Assembly (NCBI GenBank): GCA_963837465.1
Contig: CAWINB010000004.1
Span: forward strand, 202,853-266,852
Direction of reading: 5' to 3'
Length of the DNA: 64,000 nucleotides
DNA from: Candidatus Doudnabacteria bacterium
GTDB taxonomy: Bacteria > Patescibacteriota > Doudnabacteria > UBA920
The notes beneath the pieces were generated by a model. That model ran no database searches. It was not told the DNA's origin and saw only the letters and a program-made list of their open reading frames with translations. This document shows positions 46,550 through 56,013 of this stretch, in pieces. How positions within the stretch are numbered: position 1 is the first letter of the stretch; each line of letters opens with the position of its first letter. The position numbers and the translations under genes were made by a program.

Positions 46550-48277
46550 ATGAAAAATCCAGAACGCGCGCCGGAAGATAACAAAAAGGCGCAGTTAGAA
46601 AATGAAGTGGCGAGGCTTAACAAAAAAATTGCCAAATACGAGGCCATAGAGTTAAAGCAAAATCGTTTTGGCTTGGTTTGGATTGATGTGCCGGAAGCCT
46701 TTGAAGATGATGTTGAAAACAAACTGCCGATTTTAGAAGAAGTGCCAAAGTTGGCAATAAACAGCAAAGACGGCAAGCCAACACATTTGCTTATTGAGGG
46801 CGACAACTATCACGCTTTAACCTGCTTAAATTATACTCACAAAGACAAAGTTGATGTTATTTACATTGACCCTCCGTATAATACTGGCTCCGCTGATTTT
46901 AAATATAAAGATAAGAGAATTTTAGACAAGTTTCCCGATGGGACTTTAGTGCCAGTTGACCACCCTTTACGCCATAGCTATTGGCTTTCTTTTATGAAAA
47001 AGCGTTTGGAATTGGCTAAAGATATTTTGAAAAAAACCGGAGTTATTTTTATTAGCATAGATGACAATGAACTTGCACAACTAAAATTATTATGTGATGA
47101 AATTTTTGGAACAGAAAACTTCATTGAAACAATTATATGGAAAAAAAGAGCTACTCCTCCAAATGACCGTGAAATTGGAAGAAATCACGAATATATTTTG
47201 TGTTATGGCAAAACCCAAAATGTAAATTTAAATTTGCTTCCAAGAACCGAAGAAGGGATAGCGAGATATAAAAATCCAGACAATGACCCGAATGGAGCGT
47301 GGGCGGCTTCTGATTTAAGCGCAAATGGAAAAGGTGGAAGATTAGTCCAATCTTTAGTATTTCCGATAAAAAACCCATTAAATAAAAAAGAATACTTGCC
47401 GCCTAAAGATAAGTGTTGGCTTTATAACAAAGAAAAAATTGATAAGTTCATATCCGAGGGAAGAATTATTTTTCGTAATAGTGGAGCGCCATTTTTAAAA
47501 AGATATTTGAGTGAAGTTAGACAAGGCCAAACCGCACCGACTATTTGGGTTGACGCAGGCTTTTCTCAAGATTCCGCTCAAGAGATAAAAGATTTGTTTA
47601 ACGGGGAAAATATTTTTGAAAGCCCAAAGCCTTTAAAGCTAATAAGCAGACTTTGTTTTTTGGGTTGCAAAAAAAAGGACGCTGTAATTTTGGATTTTTT
47701 CGCTGGCTCTGGTACAACAGGCCAAGCAATTATGGATTTAAATGAAGAAGACAAGGGAAGCAGGCGGTTTATTCTGATTACCAATAATGACGAAATAACA
47801 AACGGGGGAAAGCATAAAATAATGACAGATATTTGTTACCCAAGAATAAAAAAGGTTATTAAAGGTTATAATTCAAAAAAGGGCTTGGGTAATTCCATAA
47901 AGTATTTCAAAACGGCTTTCGTTGGGAAAAATAACATATTGAAAGCTGATGACGCAGATAAAATAGAATTAGCTCACAATGCAGGCGGTATGTTGGCTAT
48001 TGCAGAAAATACTTTTGATCAAGTTGAACAGAATAATTATTGGCAAATTTTTGAAAGTAACAAACAATATACAGCCGTATATTTTAGAGAAGAATTTGGC
48101 AAGTTTGATGAATTTATAGAAAAGGTTAAGAAACTAAAAAAACCGGCTGTTGTTTACATTTTTAGCTGGGAAAAAGAATTTGAATTTAACGAATTTGAAG
48201 AAGACAAAAACATAAAAATTAAAACTATTCCCCAGCCGATTTTAGAAATTTACAAACAGATTTATAACCTTGTTTAA
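46550..48277 (+). CDS. mod: Type III restriction-modification methyltransferase (Mod), beta-class N6-adenine/N4-cytosine MTase
   Basis: Motif IV DVIYIDPPYNTG comes before motif I ILDFFAGSGTTGQA. The 575 aa size and the position directly upstream of res support the call. Confidence 0.85.
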   Translation: MKNPERAPEDNKKAQLENEVARLNKKIAKYEAIELKQNRFGLVWIDVPEAFEDDVENKLPILEEVPKLAINSKDGKPTHLLIEGDNYHALTCLNYTHKDKVDVIYIDPPYNTGSADFKYKDKRILDKFPDGTLVPVDHPLRHSYWLSFMKKRLELAKDILKKTGVIFISIDDNELAQLKLLCDEIFGTENFIETIIWKKRATPPNDREIGRNHEYILCYGKTQNVNLNLLPRTEEGIARYKNPDNDPNGAWAASDLSANGKGGRLVQSLVFPIKNPLNKKEYLPPKDKCWLYNKEKIDKFISEGRIIFRNSGAPFLKRYLSEVRQGQTAPTIWVDAGFSQDSAQEIKDLFNGENIFESPKPLKLISRLCFLGCKKKDAVILDFFAGSGTTGQAIMDLNEEDKGSRRFILITNNDEITNGGKHKIMTDICYPRIKKVIKGYNSKKGLGNSIKYFKTAFVGKNNILKADDADKIELAHNAGGMLAIAENTFDQVEQNNYWQIFESNKQYTAVYFREEFGKFDEFIEKVKKLKKPAVVYIFSWEKEFEFNEFEEDKNIKIKTIPQPILEIYKQIYNLV

Positions 48278-48279
48278 TT

Positions 48280-50664
48280 ATGCCAGCATTTAACCTTTTA
48301 CCATTCCAAAAGACAACGATTGATGATTTAAACGAAGCCTTTTTAAGACTTTGGAAAAAACAAGGCAGGCAGTTGCCTTTGGTTTTTAAATCGCCAACTG
48401 GAAGCGGTAAGACTTTGACCGCCGCCCATTTTATAAAAGGACTTAATCATTTGCCGCAATGGAAAATTGATAAAGCATTTATTTGGATTACTTTTAGCGA
48501 TGACTTGGCAATGCAGAGCAAGGATAAGTTCAAAGACTATTTTGAAAACAATCTAGAAAATGCTCTGTTAACTGTAAACGATATAAACAGAGGCAAACTA
48601 TACGAAAATGATATTTTATTTTTGAACTGGCAAAAGGTTGTGCAGGATAATGCCGCAACCCGAAAACTTAAATTACGCAAACCCAAAGACGAAAGATTTA
48701 AAAAAGAAACGGGCAGTTATTTTGAAGATGTAATGGCAGAAACTAAAAAGGCTGCTCGAGAAATTATTTTGTTTGTTGATGAAGCCCACACCCACAAATC
48801 AACAGAGCTGGCGCAGGAGATTATTGACCTTATTAACCCTAAAATAATTGTGCATATAACCGCAACACCAGATGAAAAAGACGAACTGACGGCAAGGCGG
48901 TTAAAAAGTTTTGTAGAAGTAGCCCGAGAACAGGTTGTTGATGAGGGTTTAATAAAAGAAAAAATTTTAGTGCAGACTGAGGAAGACTTAAAAAAATACA
49001 AGGGCAAAGATTTAGATGAAGTCCTTTTGACACTGGGAATGGAAAGGCGGGAAGAGCTGGCAAATGAACTAAAAGCATTGGGTAAGGATATAAACCCGCT
49101 AATGCTTATTCAGTTGCCCAATGATGATAAAGAGCTTATAGCCAAAGGTGATAAGACTAAAGAAGAAGTTGTGAGCCAATTTTTAGCCTCTAAGGGCATA
49201 AAAAGCCAGCACATAGCCAAATGGTTTGACGGCAAAAAAGACAACTTGGACTTTATAGCCGACAATGACAGCAAGGTTGATTTTATGCTTTTCAAACAGG
49301 CCGCAGGCACGGGCTGGGACTGTCCCCGTGCGAGTGTTTTGGTTATGTTTAGGGAAATAAAAAAGGAAACTTTTTACACTCAAACAGTTGGCCGCATTTT
49401 AAGAATGGCCGAACCACAGGCAAAAGAAGATTATAAGAACAGTCCGAATTTAAGAACCGGCTATTTATATACCAACTATAAGCGTAGCCAAGTTGAACTG
49501 CCCGATTTAAAGAAAAATGAAATTCCAAGCCAGCACGCTTACAGGAAACAAGGTATTAAAAATATTAAATTGCAATCAGCCTATATTTCACGCATTGACT
49601 ATGGCGACATTCCAGCCTCGTCCAAATTCCAAGAGAGCTTTGTGAACTCAATGAACTCCTATTTTGGAATTACCAAAACAGACTTGCAAGCAATGGGGAA
49701 AGCCGAAGCGAAGCTAAAAAAGGCGGGCGTTGATTTAAGCCGCAAGCTAACCAACAGCATTATTGCCAATGCCAAGTTTGAAGATTTTGACCAAATGGCT
49801 TATGACTTTAAAAAGAGAGGCATTGATGTTGAGCTGGAAATATCAACCAATGATGTAGAAAAAACTTTTAATTATTTTTGCCTAATGCTCTTAAAAGAAC
49901 AAACAGATGAGCAGGCAAAATATACCAATGTCGCCCGTGCTTGGGGCGTGTTTAAATCAGCTATCCGTATTTGGTTTCAGGCTGTGTTAAACACAGACAG
50001 TAATTATTATTACAGGGTTTTTGTTAAGGATATACAAAAGGGGGCGGCCAGCAAATTCAGACCGGCAATAACCAAAGCCTTAATTGATTTTAAGCCTATT
50101 GCTCAAAGCATACTAAAAGACCGGAAGAAAAAACAGGAAGAAGCAGAAGCTCCGATTTTTGAAATTTTAGAGCAATACGGTTTTACATCTGATTACGAAG
50201 AACTGCCCCAAAAACTTTGCGCTTTGGATAAATGTTTTGTGCTTAAAGATTATAAAGGCAAAGAGAATGAATTGAATTTTATTAAATATCTTGAGGGCAA
50301 AGGCAAACAGATTGACTGGTGGTTTAAAAACGGCAATCAAGGCAAAGAATATTTTGCGATTAAGTATTTTAACAGCGTGGACGGCAAAGAAGCCCTGTTT
50401 TACCCCGACTTCATAATACGCTTTAAAAGTGGCGGGATAGGGATTTTTGACCCTAAAAAAGACCAGACGGCAACAGACCCCGAAACGGCCGACAAAGCCA
50501 AAGCGTTGGCGTTGAAACTAAATAAGTTAGGCAAGGTCTATGTTGGCGGTATAGCTGTTTTTGAAAATGGCGTTTGGAATTATAATAGCTCTGAAAAATA
50601 CAAATACCAAAAAGGTAAGATGAACCAAGATAAAAATTGGCAACCTCTTGAAAATTTATTTTAG
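48280..50664 (+). CDS. res: Type III restriction enzyme Res subunit (SF2 helicase-like with a C-terminal nuclease region)
   Basis: Walker A FKSPTGSGKT and a DEAH box LFVDEAHT. 794 aa, with its start 3 nt after the mod stop. Confidence 0.8.
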   Translation: MPAFNLLPFQKTTIDDLNEAFLRLWKKQGRQLPLVFKSPTGSGKTLTAAHFIKGLNHLPQWKIDKAFIWITFSDDLAMQSKDKFKDYFENNLENALLTVNDINRGKLYENDILFLNWQKVVQDNAATRKLKLRKPKDERFKKETGSYFEDVMAETKKAAREIILFVDEAHTHKSTELAQEIIDLINPKIIVHITATPDEKDELTARRLKSFVEVAREQVVDEGLIKEKILVQTEEDLKKYKGKDLDEVLLTLGMERREELANELKALGKDINPLMLIQLPNDDKELIAKGDKTKEEVVSQFLASKGIKSQHIAKWFDGKKDNLDFIADNDSKVDFMLFKQAAGTGWDCPRASVLVMFREIKKETFYTQTVGRILRMAEPQAKEDYKNSPNLRTGYLYTNYKRSQVELPDLKKNEIPSQHAYRKQGIKNIKLQSAYISRIDYGDIPASSKFQESFVNSMNSYFGITKTDLQAMGKAEAKLKKAGVDLSRKLTNSIIANAKFEDFDQMAYDFKKRGIDVELEISTNDVEKTFNYFCLMLLKEQTDEQAKYTNVARAWGVFKSAIRIWFQAVLNTDSNYYYRVFVKDIQKGAASKFRPAITKALIDFKPIAQSILKDRKKKQEEAEAPIFEILEQYGFTSDYEELPQKLCALDKCFVLKDYKGKENELNFIKYLEGKGKQIDWWFKNGNQGKEYFAIKYFNSVDGKEALFYPDFIIRFKSGGIGIFDPKKDQTATDPETADKAKALALKLNKLGKVYVGGIAVFENGVWNYNSSEKYKYQKGKMNQDKNWQPLENLF

Positions 50665-50671
50665 TTTATTG

Positions 50672-50828
50672 ACGTTACCCCAAAAAATCGTCTGCACAAA
50701 AAATCTTCGGCTCGCACCTTGTTTTAAAAAATCAAAAAATCGTTTCCGTCCCCCCGACACAATGGGCTTCGCTCTGCGAAGCCCGTGCAAAAAAATCTGA
50801 AATGTCTGAAAGTTTGCTACTGGAGTCC
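50672..50828 (-). repeat. Inverted repeat copy B
   Basis: Exact reverse complement of 44772..44930. Confidence 0.85.
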
Positions 50829-50873
50829 CTGTATCAGGACGCACGCACCCATTTTATCAAAAATTCCTGACTT
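50680..50873 (+). pseudogene. Orphan LSR C-terminal fragment (...PKKSSAQKIFGSHLVLKNQKIVSVPPTQWASLCEARAKKSEMSESLLLESLYQDARTHFIKNS*)
   Basis: The in-frame translation of repeat copy B on the plus strand is identical to the tail of the LSR at 44658 up to the CTGGAG junction. After the junction it continues with a different 15-aa tail. Confidence 0.6.
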
Positions 50874-51118
50874 CCGATAGGCCAAAACAGGGTCAAAAGG
50901 GGGGTCGTTTACCCCTTCATTCAGGTAGTCACTAGCCATTTTCAGAGTGACTACCCTCCGGTCTTAAAATAGCCCTGCTGCTATTGGCTTTCCTGCTCCG
51001 GCACTACCCAAAATCCAATGCCGACTTCACTCCGCTACAGTGTGCTCACTTCCGCTCCGTGATTGCCCCTCGGCCTTCTCTCCCGTCCGTCTTTTGACTT
51101 TACTCGTTGGTGGGGGTG
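50824..51118 (+). repeat. Near-perfect ~295-bp inverted repeat, copy C (partner 53928..54220)
   Basis: The reverse complement of 50824..51118 matches 53928..54220 except for a ~10-nt indel near one end. The sequence runs from CCCCCACCAACGAGTAAAG to GGTGCGTGCGTCCTGATACAGGGA. Confidence 0.85.
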
Positions 51119-51196
51119 TGTGAATTGAAACAAAAAAATTGCGCTCAAGGCCGCAAGGCCGAGCGCGAAAAAAATAAAAACTTGAATTTCTAACAA

Positions 51197-51988
51197 TCAA
51201 TTTAAATCATTTGATTTCTTCCATCGTTTATCAAAGACAGCTTTTAAAGCTGGCAAAAAGATTGATACCGTTTGTGTCGGCAGGAATATAACGAATGACT
51301 CTTTATTCGCAAAATCTTTAATGCCATAGCCAACTATCACCAAAGCGTTATCTGCTATTATGTATCTGTCGTGTAGCTCGTAAAACTTATCGTATTTTTT
51401 TAATTTTATGTTTTTAAATTCGCGTTTAAATCTTTTTAAGTTATTCTGAAAATTTGTTAAATTTCTTTGTTCCTCATTTCCTAATTGAGAAGATAAAAAT
51501 TTTATTTTGGTTTTTTTACCAAACTTTTCTAGTGTAAAAAATGTTCCATTACCATAGTATGGGTCAACAATACGCAAATCTCCTTTTAACATTTTAATAA
51601 TATTTGGAAGTTCTCTGTTTGAGTCTGTCCAAGCATTAACGCCGCTTAAAAATACTATTTTGTTTGTTGGTATATCAGGATTTTCTACTTTATTTTTATC
51701 TATCCAAGCAGGAAACCAATATTTCTTCTTATTGCGACCCCTGCCAACAATTTTAACCTTGACCACATCATTTTCTAAGAGAGGCTCCATCAATGATGTT
51801 AAGTTATTTGCTTTAATTTTTTTACCAGCACCCTCATTAAGTAAATGGGTAAGTTGCGATGAAGATATCACAGCGTCAAATTCCTCATCTTTCAATAATT
51901 TACATACCCGAAAAGCAAAACTCCCTTTGCGAGTGAGTTGTTTCGAATTTTCTATTTTATTAAAAACAGTCTTTTTTGCAATAACCAT
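51197..51988 (-). CDS. Hypothetical protein, 263 aa (cargo of the inverted-repeat cassette)
   Basis: AT-rich, basic ORF with no confident motif. Confidence 0.4.
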   Translation of the reverse strand: MVIAKKTVFNKIENSKQLTRKGSFAFRVCKLLKDEEFDAVISSSQLTHLLNEGAGKKIKANNLTSLMEPLLENDVVKVKIVGRGRNKKKYWFPAWIDKNKVENPDIPTNKIVFLSGVNAWTDSNRELPNIIKMLKGDLRIVDPYYGNGTFFTLEKFGKKTKIKFLSSQLGNEEQRNLTNFQNNLKRFKREFKNIKLKKYDKFYELHDRYIIADNALVIVGYGIKDFANKESFVIFLPTQTVSIFLPALKAVFDKRWKKSNDLN

Positions 51989-52035
51989 ATTATATTTTTA
52001 TGTAAAGCAGAACTTTTAATATCTCACTTTTTCAG

Positions 52036-52257
52036 TTAGACAAAATATTTGTACTTTCCGTCTTCTTTTTTTCTCATCACCCGCTCTCTCCTTAGTAAAT
52101 AAAGTAAATTAACCCTGATGTCTTCAGGTTTTTCGTTGTGGCCAAATCTGTCTTTCAGTTCTTTTCTGATTTCCTCTGCTATCTTTGGCTGCTTACTAAT
52201 TACTTTCATAATTTTTTCTGCAACACTTGGTTTTGATTTATTTGTTTTCATATTCAT
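52036..52257 (-). CDS. Small basic hypothetical protein (C-terminal ...GKYKYFV)
   Basis: 73 aa ORF. Its C-terminal motif is shared with the next ORF. Confidence 0.35.
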   Translation of the reverse strand: MNMKTNKSKPSVAEKIMKVISKQPKIAEEIRKELKDRFGHNEKPEDIRVNLLYLLRRERVMRKKEDGKYKYFV

Positions 52258-52260
52258 AAT

Positions 52261-52617
52261 TTATCTTTTAAAATATTTATAAGTGCCTTTTTGAGGCTTG
52301 TTTCTCCCAAGAACTTTTTTTCGAACCAATAATATTAAAGAGGGCATTAGCGAAGTGGTTGGCTTTACAACCCCCTCATCGCGCAGTTTTTTTTGTATTT
52401 CAGATATATCCTTAGGGTCTTTAAAAAACCCGTCTTTAACCAGTGTATATATTTCCCCAGTCAAACCAGAGAACTGGCTATGCTCTAAACCCTGTTTTCC
52501 AGTCCGTTTAGCCAAAATTGCCGACTTTTGTTGTTTAATGCCTACTGATTGTTTCAGTTCAACCAAAAGCGATTCGATTTCTTCAATGATATCTTTGCTA
52601 TTTCTTACTTTTTGCAT
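52261..52617 (-). CDS. Small basic hypothetical protein (C-terminal ...GTYKYFKR)
   Basis: 118 aa ORF, 3 nt from the previous ORF. It appears paralogous to that ORF at its C-terminus. Confidence 0.35.
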   Translation of the reverse strand: MQKVRNSKDIIEEIESLLVELKQSVGIKQQKSAILAKRTGKQGLEHSQFSGLTGEIYTLVKDGFFKDPKDISEIQKKLRDEGVVKPTTSLMPSLILLVRKKVLGRNKPQKGTYKYFKR

Positions 52618-52966
52618 ATTAGGTTTTATAATTTAATTAATAATTAAGTATAACGAATAGTTAAATAATATTAGTTGACCACCGTAAACATCTGAATTTA
52701 AAGCTGATTATGTCTTTTCCTATTGAACGTATAATATTACAAAATGGAATAGTTGTCAAGAATTAAATAGTAATAAACTAAAAAAAGCCTTATTTAAAGG
52801 CTTTAATGCTATTTTAGTTTATATCTTTAACTGAATAGGGATATAAAAACTATTTTAAAGTATATTCAGCTTGAGAAAGGAACGTTAATCAAACCGGACG
52901 ATTTTTAAGGGAGCTTAGAAGCTCTCTTTGCCCGCGCAACGGGAGGGTTGGGGCAAGGACAAAACC

Positions 52967-53833
52967 TTAATGCAAAATCGTTTTCGGCATATCGTCCTTC
53001 GGCGACTTCCATATCGGCTCAAAAATCGCCTCCGGCTTGGAGATTGAATAGTTTTTATCAGACGTAAACAGGAACATATTACTGCCCTGCTGGTTTGAGT
53101 TGGCCACCTTGGAGGCGATTCGCAAGTTTTCGCTCCGCGTTTCGTTAGGGGTTATAGTAATGACCCGAAAACGGGTGAAGCCTAAAGAATCTTTGAGCCG
53201 TTCTTCCCGCCCCCACCGCCAGTAAAGTTTTAGTTTGTTTACAAATCTTTCCTCGGTCATCGTCCCTCTATCGGCTTCAAGGAAGACGGGATATTTATAT
53301 TCCTTGGTATCCAAGACAAAGAAAGCGTCCGGCACGAGTTCGGGATTTTGGCCGTGCCGCCCCCGCAATGCGGACTTTAAGTCATAGCCCTGTAACCACC
53401 GGTGGAGCTTGAGGTCGTCTCGTTTCCGTATCGCCAATGTAAGACAAGTTCTAAACTGCGAAATCATCAGGGCGTGGGCAATCAAGGGCAGGGAGCGTTC
53501 AATCTCACGCATACGGCGCAAAATCCCTTGGAACTGTTCCGAGTCTCCGTAGACAACTTCCGCTCCTTTCTTGCCGAGGGAATAGATGATGTGGGAGGAA
53601 GGAAGCTTTGAATGGCTCTGGTTCTTAGGCCTGTCCAAGAATCCCAAGTCAAACATAGCGGCAAGACGGCGAAGGAAGTTACGTCTGCCTCCGGGGTGCA
53701 GGGCAAGGATTTGCTCGGTGTTGAGGAAACGATATTCTCCCAACTCTTGGAGCAGTTCCATATCCCGTGCCTGTAGCTGGAGGGGGTCTTTTACCTCTCT
53801 CCTGACTAACCTTTTTCTTAAAGCGGTAGCCAT
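52967..53833 (-). CDS. Replication-relaxation (Replic_Relax)-like family protein, GC-rich
   Basis: An N-terminal wHTH-like region is followed by a conserved ...FFVLD...YPVFLEADRGTM motif, as remembered for PF13814. GC content is far above that of neighbouring genes. Confidence 0.5.
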   Translation of the reverse strand: MATALRKRLVRREVKDPLQLQARDMELLQELGEYRFLNTEQILALHPGGRRNFLRRLAAMFDLGFLDRPKNQSHSKLPSSHIIYSLGKKGAEVVYGDSEQFQGILRRMREIERSLPLIAHALMISQFRTCLTLAIRKRDDLKLHRWLQGYDLKSALRGRHGQNPELVPDAFFVLDTKEYKYPVFLEADRGTMTEERFVNKLKLYWRWGREERLKDSLGFTRFRVITITPNETRSENLRIASKVANSNQQGSNMFLFTSDKNYSISKPEAIFEPIWKSPKDDMPKTILH

Positions 53834-53927
53834 AAAAGAATCTGTTATAATTCCATTATAGCAGGTTCCAAGACCCCCTCTGTCCGAGGCCTTCTCGACC
53901 CGTCCGCTACCTTATTTATCTGTTTCA

Positions 53928-54220
53928 CACCCCCACCAACGAGTAAAGTCAAAAGACGGACGGGAGAGAAGGCCGAGGGGCAATCACGGAGCGGAAGTGA
54001 GCACACTGTAGCGGAGTGAAGTCGGCATTGGATTTTGGGTAGTGCCGGAGCAGGAAAGCCAATAGCAGCAGGGCTATTTTAAGACCGGAGGGTAGTCACT
54101 CTGAAAATGGCTAGTGACTACCTGAATGAAGGGGTAAACGACCCCCCTTTTGACCCTGTTTTGGCCTATCGGAAGTCAGGAATTTTTGATAAAATGGGTG
54201 CGTGCGTCCTGATACAGGGA
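53928..54220 (-). repeat. Inverted repeat copy D
   Basis: Reverse complement of 50824..51118. It overlaps the 3' end of the truncated LSR gene. Confidence 0.85.
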
Positions 54221-54852
54221 CTCCAATCGGAACTTTCAGCCCTTTGACGCACCCTGTCAAAGGGTTTTCCGTAAGTAAATTGGGGCTTTTGGTCAATTAG
54301 TTTAGAGTTCTGAAGTAAGAAACCCAACAGCTCCCGTTTTTCATCGGGTTTCGCATTTTCATACAGTATTGCCGCATTTTTAGCGAGTTCTAAAGTTTTT
54401 ACGCCAAATTGGTAATAATCAATGTCCGCATAAGTATATTTGCTAATCAGCGTATCCAAGTCTTTAATTTTTTTAGAATACTCGGCAAACCTTTGGTTAT
54501 AAAATTCATCGCTAATCTTCCTGTCCAGCCTGTCCTCATACATAACGCTAAGCCGATTTTGTAGCTTGGCCTTTTCCGCTTCCAGCTTTTCCCGTGTTAC
54601 ATCCTCTGTATTGCGCTTAAAATACAAAGACTGCTTAAGACCCTCTGCCACATAATCAACAGCGTCCTGGGGCATTTTGTGCATTATGTGTAGTGAATTT
54701 AGTATATCCTCATCAAAGACAGTTTCATTTACGGCCTTTTGCATACAGTTAGTGCCAAACTTGGTGCAATGGTAATAAATAAATTCCTTGCCGGATTTTT
54801 TAACAACCTTTTCTGCCGTTACTGTGCGGCCACATTCGCCGCAAGCCAGCAA
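54166..54852 (-). pseudogene. 5'-truncated large serine recombinase (zinc ribbon and coiled coil only)
   Basis: The ORF begins directly in the zinc ribbon (CGECGR...YYHCTKFGTNC) and is followed by a coiled coil. No resolvase or recombinase domain lies upstream. Confidence 0.75.
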
Positions 54853-54951
54853 ACCCAGGCTTAAAAGTTAGTCCTAATTCCATAACCCCATTTATTTTTG
54901 ATATTGCTGACTCAAAAAACCTTTCTAGCATTGAAAGGCAGCTAATTAAGC

Positions 54952-56013
54952 TTGGCGAAAAACTACAAATTGAACTTATTGAAAACAAGGCTAAGAATCT
55001 TAAAAAGTATGCCTACTAAAACACAACACAGATATCCAAAGGTTTTTATACGCAGTAAAAACGAGCTGGCTAAAAGATTTGAGTCACCTGGGTTAACAAA
55101 AACCCAAGCTCTGGAGCTTATCAACGATGTTGTTAGTAATTTTAATAACTACTGGCGAGACAGCAAACACTCTCAGCCGAAAAAAAATAAATACGTTAGG
55201 AACGCTAAAGGTAAACCTCTAGGTAGACTCCTTAAATTGATAGACAAGAAGTTGTTAGCGCCCCACGACAAACTTATACCGGGATTTATTTTTGGCGGCG
55301 TATCCGGAAAAAGTCACATGGACGCCGCCTACTATCTTTTGGGTAAACAGCGGGAACGAACGCTACTAGCTTTGGATATTGGAAGATTTTTTGAGCAAAT
55401 ATCCGAGGATAGAGTATTTCACTTTTTTTATAATAAGGCCCAATGCAGTAAAAAAGCCGCGACCCTGTTGGCTAGGTTGTGTTGCGTAGAGGAAGGACCC
55501 AAAGGTAATGGCACTAATAAAAAAGTTTTAGCTCGCGGGTTTGCTACATCAACCAGATTGGCAGCTTGGTGCAATCTAGACACATTCTTAAAACTACATT
55601 GGCTAGCAAAAAATAATCTAAAACGGCACGACCCCCGACTGGCTATATTTGTTGATGACATTGGTATTTCTGCCAGCAGAATCTCACGAGATAATATGCT
55701 TACACTCCAAAAAGAAGTTGAAGACATTCTTGTAAATTCTGACCGTAATCAAAAATTACCTGTAAATCCTGAAAAAACTTTTATTTACTCCTATGAAGAA
55801 GGCATAGAACACTTGGGACTTAATCTTGGCAGGAACAAACTTTCATTCGGAAGCAAGACTCTTTCCCGTAAAGCCAAAGTAAACCACTTGCTAAAAATTA
55901 GTACTAAAAAATCAGAAAAAATAAAGTTGCGTATAAAAAGAAAGTCATATTTCGCTTACCGCGAGCAAATTAACAAACTTAATAAACAGGCAGCCAAGTT
56001 GCCACTAGCATGA
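54952..56013 (+). CDS. Compact reverse transcriptase (RT domain only)
   Basis: RT motif A LALDIGRFFEQI, motif B' LARGFATSTRLAAWCN and motif C AIFVDDIGIS (an xxDD variant). There is no endonuclease, maturase or other fused domain. 353 aa, or about 334 aa from the second Met. Confidence 0.7.
   Translation: MAKNYKLNLLKTRLRILKSMPTKTQHRYPKVFIRSKNELAKRFESPGLTKTQALELINDVVSNFNNYWRDSKHSQPKKNKYVRNAKGKPLGRLLKLIDKKLLAPHDKLIPGFIFGGVSGKSHMDAAYYLLGKQRERTLLALDIGRFFEQISEDRVFHFFYNKAQCSKKAATLLARLCCVEEGPKGNGTNKKVLARGFATSTRLAAWCNLDTFLKLHWLAKNNLKRHDPRLAIFVDDIGISASRISRDNMLTLQKEVEDILVNSDRNQKLPVNPEKTFIYSYEEGIEHLGLNLGRNKLSFGSKTLSRKAKVNHLLKISTKKSEKIKLRIKRKSYFAYREQINKLNKQAAKLPLA

Noticed and set aside
50656-50844. 62-aa minus-strand ORF, and the plus-strand ORF 44717..44980
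   Set aside because: Both are translations of the 160-bp inverted repeat in the frame opposite to the LSR tail. They share an identical peptide only because the DNA is identical.
51197-51988. Calling the 263-aa cassette protein a PLD-like or PD-(D/E)xK nuclease from the HDRYIIAD and DPYYGNGTF segments
   Set aside because: The HxK(x)4D and ExK spacing does not hold on inspection (HDR rather than HxK, and no E-x-K). The protein is left as hypothetical.
54853-54951. Retron-type msr/msd ncRNA upstream of the RT
   Set aside because: Only ~100 bp separate the truncated LSR from the RT start. One short hairpin is present, but not the long a1/a2 inverted repeats expected of a retron. It is kept as a possibility under the RT finding rather than called as a feature.
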